64,000 bases of DNA from Malacoraja senta. Its lineage: Eukaryota. The notes under the pieces were generated by a model, which was given only the letters and a program-made list of their open reading frames with translations, was not told where the DNA came from and did no database searches. A program made the translations under genes and the position numbers. The stretch's first letter is position 1. Each line of letters begins with the position of its first letter. Where the stretch lies: assembly GCA_038087875.1 (NCBI GenBank), contig CM075978.1, forward strand, positions 175,274,001-175,338,000. Reading direction: 5' to 3'. Shown piece by piece: positions 36,246 through 49,769 of this stretch.

Positions 36246-36382
36246 CAAAAACATTTAAAAGTCATTTGGACAGATATATAGTTAGGAAAGGTTTAGAAGG
36301 ATATGGGCCAAATGCGTGCAGGTGGGACTAGCATAGATGGGGCATCTTGGTTGGCATAGGCAATTTGAGTGAAGGGCATGAT

Positions 36383-37690
36383 TCAAGTCAAGTCAAGTCA
36401 AGTTTTTTCGTCACATACACGGACGTGATGTGCAGTGAAATGAAAAGTGGCGATGCTCGCGAATTGTGCAAAAAAAAACAAACAAACAACCAAACAAACT
36501 ACAAACAGAATGGAACAGAATCACATATTCTTTTACATATTAAATATTGTGGGCGAAGGAAAAAGGGGAAAAAAACAGCAATTTAAAAAAAACAGTAGAA
36601 TGGTACAGTAAAATTAGTCCCTGGTGAGATAGGAGTTTACTGTCCTATTGGCCTCTGGGAAGAAACTCCTTCTCAACCTCTCCGTTCTCACAGCATGGCA
36701 ACGGAGGCGTTTGCCTGACCGTAGCAGCTGGAACAGTCTGTTGCTGGGGTGGAAGGGGTCTCCCATGATCTTATTGGCTCTGGAGTTGCACCTCCTGATG
36801 TATAGTTCCTGCAGAGGGGCGAGTGTAGTTCCCATAGTGCGTTCGGCCGAACGCACTACTCTCTGCAGAGCCTTCTTGTCCTGGGCAGAGCAATTCCCAA
36901 ACCAGATTGTGATATTTCCGGACAAGATGCTTTCCACAGCCGCTGAGTAGAAGCACTGGAGGATCCTCGGAGACATTCTGCATTTCCTCAATTGCCTGAG
37001 GTGGTAAAGGCACTGCCTTGACTTACTCACCAGTGCTGCAGCGTGTGATGTCCATGTCATATCCTCAGATATGTGGACTCCCAGGTATTTAAAACAGCTC
37101 ACCCTATCCACAGTATCCCCATTTATCCTCAATGGTGTGTATGTCCTTGGATGATGTGCCCTCCTAAAGTCCACGATCAGCTCCTTAGTTCTTTTGATGT
37201 TCAAGAGGAGGCTGTTGTCCTGACACCAGATTGCCAGATCAGCCAACTCCTCCCGGTAGGCCTTCTCATCGTTGTCTGAGATCAGGCCCACCACCACAGT
37301 GTCATCAGCAAACTTGATTATCGAGTTGGAGCTGAACTTAGCCACACAGTCATGTGTGTACAGGGAGTACAATAGGGGGCTGAGGACGCAACCCTGGGGG
37401 GATCCTGTGCTCAGGGTGAGGGACTTTGATGTATTCCCTCCCATCCTGACTACCTGGGGCCTGGCGGTGAGAAAGTCCAGGGCCCAGGCACACATGGGGG
37501 TGTTGAGCCCTAATTCCAGCAGCTTCTCAGCAAGTCTGGTGGGGACTATCGTGTTGAAGGCTGAACTGAAGTCTATGAACAGCATCCTCACATAGCCCCC
37601 CTTCTGGTTGTCACGATGAGAGAGAGTGGTGTGCAAAACCTGGGAGACCGCATCGTCCGTGGATCTGTTCGGATGGTATGCGAATTGCTG
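36383..37690 (-). mobile_element. 5'-truncated Rex1/Babar non-LTR retrotransposon
   Basis: (CTTGA)n 3' tail at 36383-36402; RT frame open from [16 protein letters not shown] to the stop; inserted into an old CR1 tail. Confidence 0.9.
36614..37690 (-). CDS. Reverse transcriptase (C-terminal part of the Rex1/Babar ORF), uninterrupted for about 358 codons
   Basis: [46 protein letters not shown] and FKYLGVHI. Confidence 0.9.
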   Translation of the reverse strand, partial: QQFAYHPNRSTDDAVSQVLHTTLSHRDNQKGGYVRMLFIDFSSAFNTIVPTRLAEKLLELGLNTPMCAWALDFLTARPQVVRMGGNTSKSLTLSTGSPQGCVLSPLLYSLYTHDCVAKFSSNSIIKFADDTVVVGLISDNDEKAYREELADLAIWCQDNSLLLNIKRTKELIVDFRRAHHPRTYTPLRINGDTVDRVSCFKYLGVHISEDMTWTSHAAALVSKSRQCLYHLRQLRKCRMSPRILQCFYSAAVESILSGNITIWFGNCSAQDKKALQRVVRSAERTMGTTLAPLQELYIRRCNSRANKIMGDPFHPSNRLFQLLRSGKRLRCHAVRTERLRRSFFPEANRTVNSYLTRD

Positions 37691-40374
37691 TATGTTGTAT
37701 TACTCTATGACTCTATGTTGTTTGCATGTTTTCCCAAGAGACAATGAGTATTTGTGAAGAATCTTTACTATTATCACGAAGAAACATGTTATTAAATTGA
37801 TGCACAGCAAACTTGCACAACAACAATCAGGTAAATATGCCAAAACTTCCTTTGTGCAGGTTGAGTTATTGACAGACAGACTGAGAGATTATATTTCAAA
37901 AGGGAATGCCTGCTGCTGTCTTGCACTTCCTACTGCTGGTCTTCTACATGGTCTGTGGAGTGATGACCATTTGTTTGAACAGCTGGCTTGAATTGGCCAA
38001 AAGGCCAGGGAGTTATAATCAATTAGATCAAACTGGGACTATGTCTCAAATGTTTGCAAAGGTCTAACACTGCATTCTCAACAAGCTTGTTTTTGGCATC
38101 TTTTCAAGTCACTGATTTCTCCTGTGGCTAAATTCCAGGGAAAATCCAATCCCCTTTCACCCATAATGTGTGACAGGGCAGGAGGCAAAGACAGAGAAAC
38201 TTCCATTTTAACAACTTGCTTCAGCGCCAATGTTACCACATGTCAATCAGCTGGTTCTTTCACATGCGAACCATCTGATCTCTGCTCCATATTTTTCTGG
38301 CCACATGTTGCATTATAAATAACCCGTAGAATCCTTCAGGCATATCCCAGCTTTTGTCTCATTCTTGGAAATGTGTTATCCAATTAAATAAAGACGGTAA
38401 CTAAGACCAAATAAATATATATACAGAGAACACTAACTGAGGACATAATATTTTTTAGCATGGACCTTCCAATTTTACCTATCTCAATCAGTAGGAGCTG
38501 CATCACTTGCTCCAGTGCTTGGGGGGTATTTTTTTTAATTAAATGAAGGAGAATGGCTCAGAAATATTGCTTTTCTCCATTTCACTTAATATTTTCTGTT
38601 CTTTCCAAAAATAGAAGGTGCTTGGGGTCATGTTGTTTACTCGCACAAATTGCAGAACAATGTGCTAAACAATGAACTAATTAACCACACATCAACCAGC
38701 ATTCATTTGAAACATAAATGCACGATATCAATCTGGCCTGCAAACCACAAATGTTTCCTTTGGAACAGGCACTTATTGGGCTACACTCTGGCCTGTGTCT
38801 TGCAATACACCCCCACACTTTGTTATCTACCCCCCATTTCTGCAGAAAGCAGTTGCAAAACATTAATTTTAAGAACTGGCCAAACCTGTCTGTGCAACCA
38901 CATCTTTGCGGCTCCAAAAGGTGCTTGTTGCCAATGAGTAATTGCATCTAGATCTGTTAGATTTTTTTAAAAAGCTGTCATTTCTAATGAAATAAGTTTC
39001 CATTACCTTCCCTCAGTTAATGGTCAGGTTTTGCAGTGCATCTCACTGAATGAGCAAAACAACATCTTCAGTTTCTGAATTTCGTCATTGGAAATTTTTG
39101 TCCCCACTGAGGTCAGTGTTTGATACTCTGATTCTAAAGATAACCATTATTCACACAATCTTGGTGGAATTAAATAGAGAAGAAAAGATCTATTAACGTG
39201 AGATGGACAAAAGCAGGCAGTGAACAAGGGCCCGTTTCTATGTAATTCCATAAAGAAGGGTTTTCCGCTGTCCAACATCTCTCTCTGTCATCCTGGTCCA
39301 CATTTGATTGATGCCATTATAATTTGTACCAATTCAAGTAGATATAACCTAACAATTTCCACAATTTTCTGCACTTATGACCTCTGCACTCCCTCTTCTC
39401 TTCCTTCCCCTCCCCAACCAGCTCTTCCCCCTTCTTTACACAGAGAATGGTGTTTATCTGGAATGCGCTGCCATAGCATAGGTATGGTGATAGAAGCGGT
39501 ACGATAGTGGCGATTAAGATTAATACGGCAATTAGCATTGCAATTAATATTGCTAATTAACACATAGTGCTACAATTAATACTTTTGAATTAATACTGCC
39601 TATTGAAAACATGACAATTTTGTATCATAAGCATAGCAATCTATTTGTAAAGGGTAATGTGATAAGTTACCTGATACCTGCTCCTAGGGACAATTCCCAC
39701 AGTTTCCTTGACGTTGTATTACAGAAGCCTTTTTGCACTCCTGAGGGGGTAAATTTAAAGTACTGTCCAAACTGCACTGTTTCCATTAGAGCAGCACTTC
39801 CTTATTACTGTCTGGCTCGTGCCAGATAAGATACTGGTCTGTATGGGAATTGAAAGCACACACGGTTGACAGTGCAGAGGGGATATTGTAATATAATGCG
39901 TGCTAATTCTTTGGTTATGAAACAAATCACTGGACGTGTTTAAAATGGCTTTCAGGGTAGAGTTCTGGCACTGAGGGATGGGAGCAAACAGTTGCGTAGA
40001 AGGAACAGCGCATAACTCAGAAGAGGTTAGGCTGCGGAGGATCAGAGAACATGTCTTACAATAGAGCACAGAGAAAGGAATGTGAAGAATCAAGGGGATG
40101 TAGGAGGTGGGGAAGCAATTGAAAGAGGGGGAATTCGAGAGTTGTTGGAGGAGGTGAGGGAGTGGACACTGGTCCTTGGGTGCAGCCTCCATTTCGAAGG
40201 CAAGAAACTGAACGAGGAGTAAATTAAAATCACCAAACAGTTCAGCGTATGAAATGAAGGAATCGTCTGAGCAGGTATTCCCATCTCTGTAGCAATAAAG
40301 TAATGGGGTTGTTTCCCTTAGACAGTATTCAGGGAGATGTGAGAGAGGGACTTGTTCAGTGTGGAGTGCAGTTA

Positions 40375-40489
40375 CGACACGGTGGCACAGCAGTAGCATT
40401 GCTGCCTTACAGCATCAATGACCCTGGTTCGATCCTGACTACAGGTACAGCCTGTATGGAGTTTTTACATTCTCCATGTGACCGCATGT
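40375..40489 (+). mobile_element. V-SINE head, truncated (copy A)
   Basis: acacggtggcacagcagtagc..ggttcgatcc; orthologous to the SINEs at 46816 and 51003. Confidence 0.8.
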
Positions 40490-42672
40490 GACCTGCATCT
40501 AGCCTGTCCAACCCCATAAGAATTTTGTACGTTTCTATAAGATCCCCTCTCAATCTCCTAAATTCTAGCGAGTTTAAGCCAAGTCTATCCAGTCTTTCTT
40601 CATATGAAAGTCCTGACATCCCAGGAATCAGTCTGGTGAACCTTCTCTGCACTCCCTCTATGGCTATAATGTCCTTCCTCAGATTTGGAGACCAAAACTG
40701 TACGCAATACTCCAGGTGTGGTCTCACCAAGACCCTGTACAACTGCAGTAGAACCTCCCTGCTCCTATACTCAAATCCTCTTGCTATGAAGGCCAACATA
40801 CCATTCGCTTTCTTCACTGCCTACTGCACCTGCATGCCTACTTTCAATGACTGGTGTACCATGACACCCAGGTCTCGCTGCATCTCCCCATTTCCTAATC
40901 GGCCACCATTTAGATAATAGTCTGCCTTCCTGTTTTTACCACCAAAGTGGATAACCTCACATTTATCCACATTATACTGCATCTGCCAAACATTTGCCCA
41001 CTCACCCAGCCTATCCAAGTCACCTTGCAGTCTCCTAGCATCCTCCTCACAGCTAACACTGCCCCCCAGCTTAGTGTCATCCGCAAACTTGGAGATGTTG
41101 CTTTCAAGTCCCTCGTCCAGATCATTAATATAAATTGTAAATAGCTGGGGTCCCAGCACTGAGCCTTGCGGTACCCCACTAGTCACTGCCTGCCATTGTG
41201 AAAAGGACCCGTTTACTCCTACTCTTTGCTTCCTGTTTGCCAGCCAGTTCTCTATCCACATCAATACTGAACCCCCAATACCGTGTGATTTAAGTTTGTA
41301 TCCTAATCTCTTATGTGGTACCTTGTCGAAAGCCTTCTGAAAGTCCAGATACAACACATCCACTGGTTCTCCCCTATCCACTCTACTAGTTACATCCTCG
41401 AAAAATTCTATAAGATTCGTCAGACACGATTTACCTTTCGTAAATCCATGCTGACTTTGTCCAATGATTTCACCACTTTCCAAACGTGCTGCTATCCCAT
41501 CTTTAATAACTGACTCTAGCAGTTTCCCCACTAACTGGTTAGACTAACTGGTCTGTAATTCCCCGTTTGCTCTCTCCCTCCCTTCTTAAAAAGTGGGGTT
41601 ACGTTTGCTACCCTCCAATCCTCAGGAACTACTCCAGAATCTAAAGAGTTTTGAAAAATTATCACTAATGCATCCACTATTTCTGGAGCTACTTCCTTAA
41701 GTACTCTGGGATGCAGCCTATCTGGCCCTGGTGATTTATCGGACTTTAATCCATTCAATTTACCCAACACCACTTCCCGACTAACCTGGATTTCACTCAG
41801 TTCCTCCATCTCCTTTGACCCGCGGCCCCCTGCTATTTCCGGCAGATTATTTATGTCTTCCTTAGTGAAGACGGAACCAAAGTAGTTATTCAATTGGTCC
41901 GCCATATCCTTGTTCCCCATGATCAATTCACCTGTTTATGACTGCAATGGACCTACATTTGTTTTAACTAATCTCTTTCTCTTCACATATCTATAAAAAC
42001 TTTTGCAGTCAGTTTTTATGTTCCCTGCCAGTTTCCTTTCATAATCTATTTTCCCTTTCCTAATTAAGTCCTTTGTCCTCCTCTGCTGGTCTCTGAATTT
42101 CTCCCAGTCCTCTGGTATGCTGCTTTTTCTGGCTAATTTGTACGCATCATCTTTCGCTTTGATACTATCCCTGATTTCCCTTGTTATCCACGGATGCACT
42201 ACCTTCCCTGATTTATTTTTTGCCAAACTGGGATGAACAATTTTTGTAGTTCATCCATGCAGTCTTTAAATGCCTTCCATTGCATATCCACCGTCAACCC
42301 TTTTAGAACTAATTGCCAGTCAATCTTGGCCAATTCACGTCTCATACCCTCAAAGTTACCTTTCTTTAAGTTCAGAACCGTTGTTTCTGAATTAACAATG
42401 TCACTCTCCATCCTAATGAAGAACTCAACCATATTATGGTCACTCTTGCGCAAGGGGGCACGCACAACAAGACTGCTAACTAACCCTTCCTCATTACTCA
42501 ATACCCAGTCTAGAATAGCCTGCTCTCTCGTTGGTTCCTCTACATGTTGGTTTAGATAACTATCCCTCATACATTCCAAGAAATCCTCTTCCTCAGCACC
42601 CCTGCCAATTTGATTCACCAATCTATATGTAGATTGAAGTCACCCATTATAACTGTTTTGCCTTTGTTGCAC
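40490..42672 (-). mobile_element. CR1 ORF2 pseudogene (APE end through RT), truncated at both ends
   Basis: ORFs 42199-42621 (ILDWVLSN..KSDHNMVEF), 41936-42226, 41531-41926 and 40821-41531 (YLDFQKAF, KFADD), plus 40490-40817; no 3' UTR. Confidence 0.95.
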
Positions 42673-44418
42673 TGAGGAGGGTGAGTGACATCAGTGAGGT
42701 GAGGGCAATGCAAACGGGAAATGGGAAAGGTGAAGTGTGAGAGGATTTGGGGTAAGTGGAGATGAGGGGATAAGGGGGAAAGGGACCAGTGAAAAGGGTG
42801 GGACGTTAGTAAAGCCAGTGAAGATGTGAGTGAAGGGCTGAGGTAAAATGGCTGGATGTAGGGGATGAGGGATTAGGGGAATGGTGAGGGATTAGGGAAG
42901 TGATGATGAAAGAGGAGAGTGGTGTGGGGAGAGAAGAGGAAAGGGGGAAGAGGTAAGTGTTCAGGATAGTCGTGAGACAATTAGTGAGGGGTGACTGGTG
43001 AATGACATGGGGAGACAAGAGGAAATAAAGGAGTGGGGAGACATGAGGGAACGGGAAGAGGTGAGGAGATTGGGAGTGTCAAAGCGTGTGATGTGGGGAA
43101 TGGGGAGGGCAATTATTACTGGTCTATGTAAAGGGGAGTGGGTTATGGGGAGGAGTGAAGTGAGTGGGGACGGTTGCGGGGAGGGGGAAGTGAAGAGGAG
43201 TGGGGCGTGAGGTGAGGGGAGTGGAGAGTGGGAAGTCGAAGGTGGACAGGACAGGGATGGGGAGTGAGGAGGGAAGTGGGGAATCAGGAGGGGATGGGGA
43301 GAGTGTGGTGAGTGGGCAGGGGAATGGTGAGTGGAATGGGATAGGTTGAAGTGTGAAGAAAGTGGTGGGAGTAGAGAGCATGGAGGTGGTAGGGATGGGG
43401 AGGGTTGAGACAGGAGAGATATAAAGGTTGAGAGGAGTGGGGAGTAGGAAGGGGTGAAGTGGTTAGGGGTGAGGGGATGGAAAGTGAGGTGGGATTGGTG
43501 AGGACTGTTTTGGTGGTGATGAAGAGGTGAAGGGAGAGGATAGTTGGAAGGTGTGGGAAGTGCTGCAGGAAGTGAGGTATGGTGAGGGGAGTGGGATGTG
43601 GGAGTGGGGGTGAGGTTTGGGTGAGTGAGAGGTTTGGTGGTTTAGAGAAACAGGGGTTGAATGGAGGAGTGAGGGGAGTGTGAAGGGAGGGGTAATGTGT
43701 GAGGAGGGGTGAAAGGAGTGGGGAGGGGAGCGTGGAATGGTGAGGGGCGTGGAGAGTGGGGAGGGGAGTGCAGAGGGGAGCGGGTGAGGAGTGAGGGAGT
43801 AGGATGGTGCAGGGAGAGATGATTGGGGAGGGGTGAAGAGAGTGGGGCAGGGAGTGAGGATGGGTAAAGGAAGTGGAGAGTAGTGAAGGTAATGTTGAAG
43901 AGTGAGGGGACTGCGAAGTAGTAAGGGCGAGGGGAATGGAGATCAGGCACAGGTAAGGAGAATGGGAAGGGTTAAAAGGAGTGGAGTGGGAAGCTGAAGG
44001 GGGGGCGTGGACGGGGTGAAGAATGAGGGGAGTAGTGAGGAGCAGTGGAGAGTGGGGAAGGGGAATGGTGAGTTGGAAAGGGAATTGGGTGGAGGGTGAG
44101 GGAAGTGGGGAGTGAGGGTGTGGAGTGGAGATTAAGGAGTGGTGGGTGGCAAGTGGGGAGTCAGAAAGGGAGTTGGGAGTGAGGAAGGTGAGGCCAGTGG
44201 GGATTGGAGAGGTGTGAGGAGAATGGGGAGTGTTAAGGGGGAAGTGAGGAAGGATGAATGGAGGAGTTAAGTGAAGTGGGCAGCGGGTGGAGTGGTGTGA
44301 CGGGATAAGGAGAATGGAAAGAGAGTGAGGGAAATTTGTGAATTATGAGGAGATGAAGAGAGTGGTGAAGGGTTGTGGACAGTAGTGAGGGAGATAGGGT
44401 AGTGATCAAGGAAAGAGT
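42673..44418. repeat. G/A-rich low-complexity tract (copy A)
   Basis: About 1.75 kb of gagtgggg/gagg/gggaa motifs with very few C. Confidence 0.9.
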
Positions 44419-44745
44419 CTCCCTCGCCATTAAAACAGGCCATTTGGCTCAACTTGCCCACGCTGACTAACATGCCTCATCTATACTAGTCCCACCTGCC
44501 TGAATTTGGTGCATATCCCTTTAAACTTGTCCTATCCATGTACGTGTCCAAATGTTTCTTATCATTGCATTAGTACCTACCTCAACTACTTCCACCGGCA
44601 GCGTGATCCATACACCCACCACCCTTTGTGTAAAAAAAGTCATTCCTTGGGTTCTTATTAAATCTTTCTCCCCTCACCTTATACCCATGTACTCTAGTTC
44701 TCGATTCTACTATTCTGGGCATAAAACTCTGTGCATTTACGCTAT

Positions 44746-44945
44746 NNNNNNNNNNNNNNNNNNNNNNNNNNNNNNNNNNNNNNNNNNNNNNNNNNNNNNN
44801 NNNNNNNNNNNNNNNNNNNNNNNNNNNNNNNNNNNNNNNNNNNNNNNNNNNNNNNNNNNNNNNNNNNNNNNNNNNNNNNNNNNNNNNNNNNNNNNNNNNN
44901 NNNNNNNNNNNNNNNNNNNNNNNNNNNNNNNNNNNNNNNNNNNNN
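44746..44945. other. Assembly gap (200 N)
   Basis: Run of N. Confidence 1.
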
Positions 44946-45276
44946 AAAGTGGAAAGAAATAATAGAAATTGCATTCATTGCAATGTGTACAAAGAGTTGA
45001 GATACTGTATTATAATTTTGCTGCATGTCATTGTGGTATATATCATGTCTTGATTGGTGAATATGTTTAGTTTGTGACTTTATTTGAAGCAGAAATAATA
45101 TGTGAATGCTTCATTGAGCATAATTCCGATTGGTAACTACGCACTTCGTCCGAGCACATTATCGCACGCGTCATGCAAGCCGTCTTAAACGACCACCTAA
45201 CTGTCATTTGGCAACTTTAAAAGCTGCCAAGGTTGCCCGGTTCACAACAGAGAAAAAACATTAAGTGAGAGCCCGG
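44946..45276. mobile_element. Probable hAT-type DNA transposon end
   Basis: Ends ..ggttgcccggttcacaacagagaaaaaacattaagtgagagcccgg, close to a (CAGGGCTCTC..) hAT-like terminus; the other end is presumably in the gap. Confidence 0.4.
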
Positions 45277-45935
45277 CAAGGTGTATTTTGACACTGTCAT
45301 AGGCCTTTCTTACATATGCTGTCACAACGCACTGTAGTCTCTAAAGAACCTTTCAGTAATTTTCCTTGCCCTCTATTTCAGACAATAGTGTTTTAAGCCG
45401 ATAACTCGACACTAGCACTGGCAAGAAATAAAATAAATAAAAAAGTGCAGCTTTCCAGCCCCTGATCTCATTGGCCACGCTCAGCTGCTAATCGGTGTCA
45501 ATCTGGTGGACCATCTTCCTCTAGTCGTGGGGGTGGGTGGTTGGGAGGGGCCTCACAAGTTGAACAGCCTAGGCCCTCTCTTCATCTAAATCCGGCCCTG
45601 AGCCCTACCATTTACTGTTTATTCCTGTCCACGTTAGACTTCCCAAACAGCAACACCTCACATTTCTCTGTATAAATTCCATCAACCATTCCTCAGCCCA
45701 CGTGCCCAACTGATGAAGATCCTGCTGCAATTTTTGACAACTATCTTCACTGTCACTCCCTTTTGCGTCATTTTCAAATTTGCTAATCATGCCATGTAAG
45801 TTCTCATGATTTTATAGAGCTGACAAATAGCACACCACTAGCCACAGGCCTTCACCAACACCTCTCCATGACTGTGGGGAGGTGAGTGGGTGTGAAGTGC
45901 TGAGGGGTTGAGGGGACTGTCATGGGAATGTAGGA

Positions 45936-46540
45936 AACATAGAAACATAGAAACATAGAAAATAGGTGCAGGAGTAGCCAATTTGGCCCTTCGAGCCTGC
46001 ACCGCCATTTGATATGATCATGGCTGATCATCCAACTCAGTATCCCATCCCTGCCTTCTCTCCATACCCCCTGATCCCTTTAGCCACAAGGCCACATCTA
46101 ACTCCCTCTTAAATATAGCCAATGAACTGCCCTCAACTACCTTCTGTGGCAGAGAATTCCACAGATTCACCACTCTCTGTGTAAAAAATGATTTCCTCAT
46201 CTCGGTCCTAAAAGTCTTCCCTCTATCCTTAAAATGTGACCCCTATTTCTGGACTTCCCCAACATCGGGAATAATCTTCCGTGCATCTAGCCTGTCCCAA
46301 ACCCTTACGAATTTTGTAAGTTTCTATAAGATCCCCCCTCAGTCTTCTGAATTCCAACGTGTACAAGCCGAGTCTATCCAGTCTTTCCTCATATGAAAGT
46401 CCTGCCATCCAGGAATCAGTCTGGTGAACCTTCTCTGTACTCCCTCTATGGCAAGAATGTCTTTCCTCAGATTAGGAGACCAAAACTGTATGCAATACTC
46501 CAGTGTGGTCTCACCAAGACCCTGTACAACTGCAGTAAAA
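45936..46540 (-). mobile_element. Young CR1 3' fragment specific to copy B
   Basis: (aaacatag)3 tail; flanked by GTAGGAA on both sides (about 45929 and 46541); the site is empty in copies A and C. Confidence 0.92.
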
Positions 46541-46815
46541 GTAGGAAGTGGGGAAGAAATTGAAAGAGGGCGAATTCGAGAGTTGTTGGAATTGGTAAGG
46601 GAGTGGACACTGGTCCCGTGGGTGCAGCCACCATTTCGATGGCAAGTAAGCTGAAAGAGGAGTAAATTAAAATCACCAAACAGTTCAGCGTATGAAATCA
46701 AGGAATCGTCTGAGTAGGTATTTCAATATCTGTAGAAGTAAAGTAATGGGTTGTTTCCCTTAGACAGTAGTCAGGGAGATGTGGGAGAGGGACTTGTTCA
46801 GTGCAGAGTGCAGTT

Positions 46816-47260
46816 ACGACACGGTGGCACAGCAGTAGCTTTAGCACCAGTGACCCTGGTTTGATCCTGACTGTGGGTACTGCCTGTACGGAGTTTGTAC
46901 GTTCTCCATGTGACCGCTTGAGTTTTCTCCAGGTTCTCCGGTTTCCTACTACACTGCAAAGACGTACAGGTTATTGATGTGTGTGTATATATATATATAT
47001 ATATGGTCACATGATCTGATCTGTATTTATAACTCAAATATCCTGTTGTGCTGCAGCAATGCAAGAATTTCATTGTCCTATCTGGGACACATGACAATAA
47101 ACTCTCTTGAATCTTGAGGTTTGTAGGTTAATTTGGCTTCGGTAGAAATTGTAAATTGTCTCTAATTTGTAGGATAGTGTTAGTGTACGGGATTGCTGAT
47201 CGGTGTGGACTTGGTGGTCCGAAGGACCTGTTTATGCACTATATCTCTAAACTAAACTAC
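46816..47260 (+). mobile_element. V-SINE (copy B) with a roughly 150-bp internal insertion
   Basis: The SINE body is interrupted at about 46970-47120 by (TA)n plus a reversed Rex-like tail ending ctcttgaatcttga. Confidence 0.8.
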
Positions 47261-47639
47261 TCAGCAGCTGGCTGAGCCGAGAAAGGAATGCCTTTGAGTA
47301 TTAAATGCCAAGGACTGAGGAGAGAAAGGTAGGTTGGCAGACTTCCAGGGAAAGTGTTTAAATAGCAGGTATTTCCTCTGAACAAGCAGAGGTTTTAAAA
47401 AAATCAGAGCGGAGTTCAACAATATTGTTTGAAACCTATGTGAATTGGTTATATTAGCGACGAAATGAAAAACACAAAATGAGTGTTGGTAGGTTAATTG
47501 TCCACTTAAATTGAATCCCGGTGTATAGATGAGTGGTAGAATTTCGGTGAGTTGATATGAATGTAGCGAGAAACTAAACAGTTATTTTAAAATGAGTGTA
47601 AATTGGGTTGATGGTCGGTATGGTAATGGAGAGGTCTCT

Positions 47640-49765
47640 GGAGGTGAAGGGGTTGAAGAGGAAAGGAAAATGATGGGAGGATAGCGAGAGGTGACCATGA
47701 GAATGGTTAGAGGAGTTGGCAAAGAGGGAAGTTGGTGGGAAGAGCCAAAGTTGATGGAGTCATTGAGCGGCAGAGATTGAAGGCATGGATTGAGGGGAGA
47801 AAGAGGGTGGGAGCCCATGAGGGTGAGGAGAGTGCAGCACTGAGGAGGGAGAGTGAAATCAGTGAGGTGAGGACAATGCGAATGGGAAACGGGAAAGGTG
47901 AAGAGTGAGAGAATGTGGGGTAAGTGGAGATGAGGGGATAAGGGGAAAAGGGACCAGTAAGATAGGTAGGGCATTAGTAAAGCCAGTGAGGATGTGAGTG
48001 AAGGACTGAGGTAAGATGGCTGGATGTAGGGGATGAGGGATTAGGGGAATGGTGGGGGATTAGGGAAGTGGTGAGGGATTAGGGAAGTGATGAGGAAAGA
48101 GGAGAGTGGTGTGGGGAGAGAAGAGGAAAGGGGGAAGAGGTAAGTGTTCAGGATAGTGGTGAAGTGGTGAGACGATTAGTGAGGGGTGACTGGTGAATGA
48201 CATGGGGAGACAAGAGGGAAGAGAGGAGTGGGAAGGCATCAGGGAACGGGAAGAGGTGAGGAGATTGGGAATGTCAAAGAGTGTGATGTGGGGAATGCGG
48301 AGGGCAATGATGACTGGTCTATGTAAAGGGGAATGGGGAGGAATGAAGTGAGTGGGGAGGGTTGAGGGGAGGGTGGAGTGAGGAGGTGTGAGGGATGTGG
48401 TGAGGGGAGTGGAGAGTGGGAAGTGGAAGGTGAACAGGGGTGGGGAGTGAGGAGGGAAGTGTGGAATCAGGAGGGGATGGGGAGAGAGTGGTGAGTGGGC
48501 AGGGGAATGGTGAGTGGAATGTGATGGGTTGAAGTGTGAAAACAGTGGTGGGAGTAGAGAGCAGGGAGGTGGTGGGGATGGGGAGGGTTGAGACAGGAGA
48601 GATATAAAGGTTGAGAGGAGTGGGGAGTAGGAAGGGGAAAGTGGTTAGGGGTGAGGGGATGGAAAGTGAGGAGGGATTGGTGAGGAGAGTTTTGGTGGTA
48701 AAGAGGTGAAGGGAGAGGATAGTTGGAAGGAGTGGGAAGTGCTGCAGGAAGTGAGGTATTGTGAAGGGAGCGGGATGATTGAAGGGAGTGGGTGTGACAG
48801 GTTTGGGGGAGTGAGAGGTTTGGTGGTTTAGAGAAACGGGGGTTGAATGGAGGAGTGAGAGGAGTTTAAAGGGAGGGGTAATGTGTGAGGAGGGGTGAAA
48901 GGAGTGGGAAGGGGAGCATGGAATGGTGATGGGCCTGGAGAGTGGGGAAGGGAGTGCAGAGGGGAGCGGGTGAGGAGTGAGGGAGTAGGAGGGTGCAGGG
49001 AGTGATGATTGGGGCGGGGTGAAGAGAGTGGGGCAGGGAGTGAGGATGGGTAAAGGGAGTGGAGAGTAGTGAAGGTAGTGTTGAAGAGTGAGGGGACTGC
49101 GAAGTAGTAAGGGCGAGGGGAATGGAGATCAGGCACAGGTAAGGAGAATGGGAAGGGTTAAAAGGAGTGGAGTGGGAAGCTGAAGGGAGGGGGGGCATGG
49201 ACGGTGTGAAGAATGTGGGGAGTGGTGAGGAGCAGTGGAGAGTGGGGAAGGGGAATGGTGAGTTCGAAAGGGAATTGGGTGGAGGGTGAGGGAAGGGGGG
49301 AGTGAGGGTGTGGTGTGGGGATTGGGGAGTGGAGGGTGGCAAGTGGGGAGTCAGAAAGGGAGTTGGGTGAGGCCAGTGGGGATTGGAGAGGTGTGAGGAG
49401 ATTGGGGAGGGTTAAGGGGGGGGTGAAATGGGGAGGTAAATGGACAGGGGAGTGGGCAGGGTTGAGGGGCAGGGAGTGAAGTGGATGAAGGGTGATTGGA
49501 GAGGTGTATGAGAAGGGGTGTTGAAAAGGGAGTGGGGGTGAATGGATGGGAGTGGGAAGGAATGAGGGGAGAGGGGTAGGGAATAGAGTGGAAGTGAGGA
49601 AGAATGAATGGAGTTGAGTGGAGTGGGGAAAGGGGTGGAGTGGTGAGTGGTGACGGGATAAGGAGAATGGAAAGCGAATGAGGGAAAATTGTGAATGAGT
49701 GAGGAGATGAAGAGAGTGGTGAAGGGATGTGGACAGTAGTGAGGGTAGTGATCAAGGAAAGAGTC
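47640..49765. repeat. G/A-rich low-complexity tract (copy B)
   Basis: Paralogous to 42673-44418. Confidence 0.9.
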
Positions 49766-49769
49766 AATC

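Noticed and set aside
37906-38070. Plus-strand signal-peptide/TM-like ORF (MPAAVLHFLLLVFYMVCGVMTICL..)
   Set aside because: No good donor or linked exon, opposite strand to the other candidates, and too short to support.
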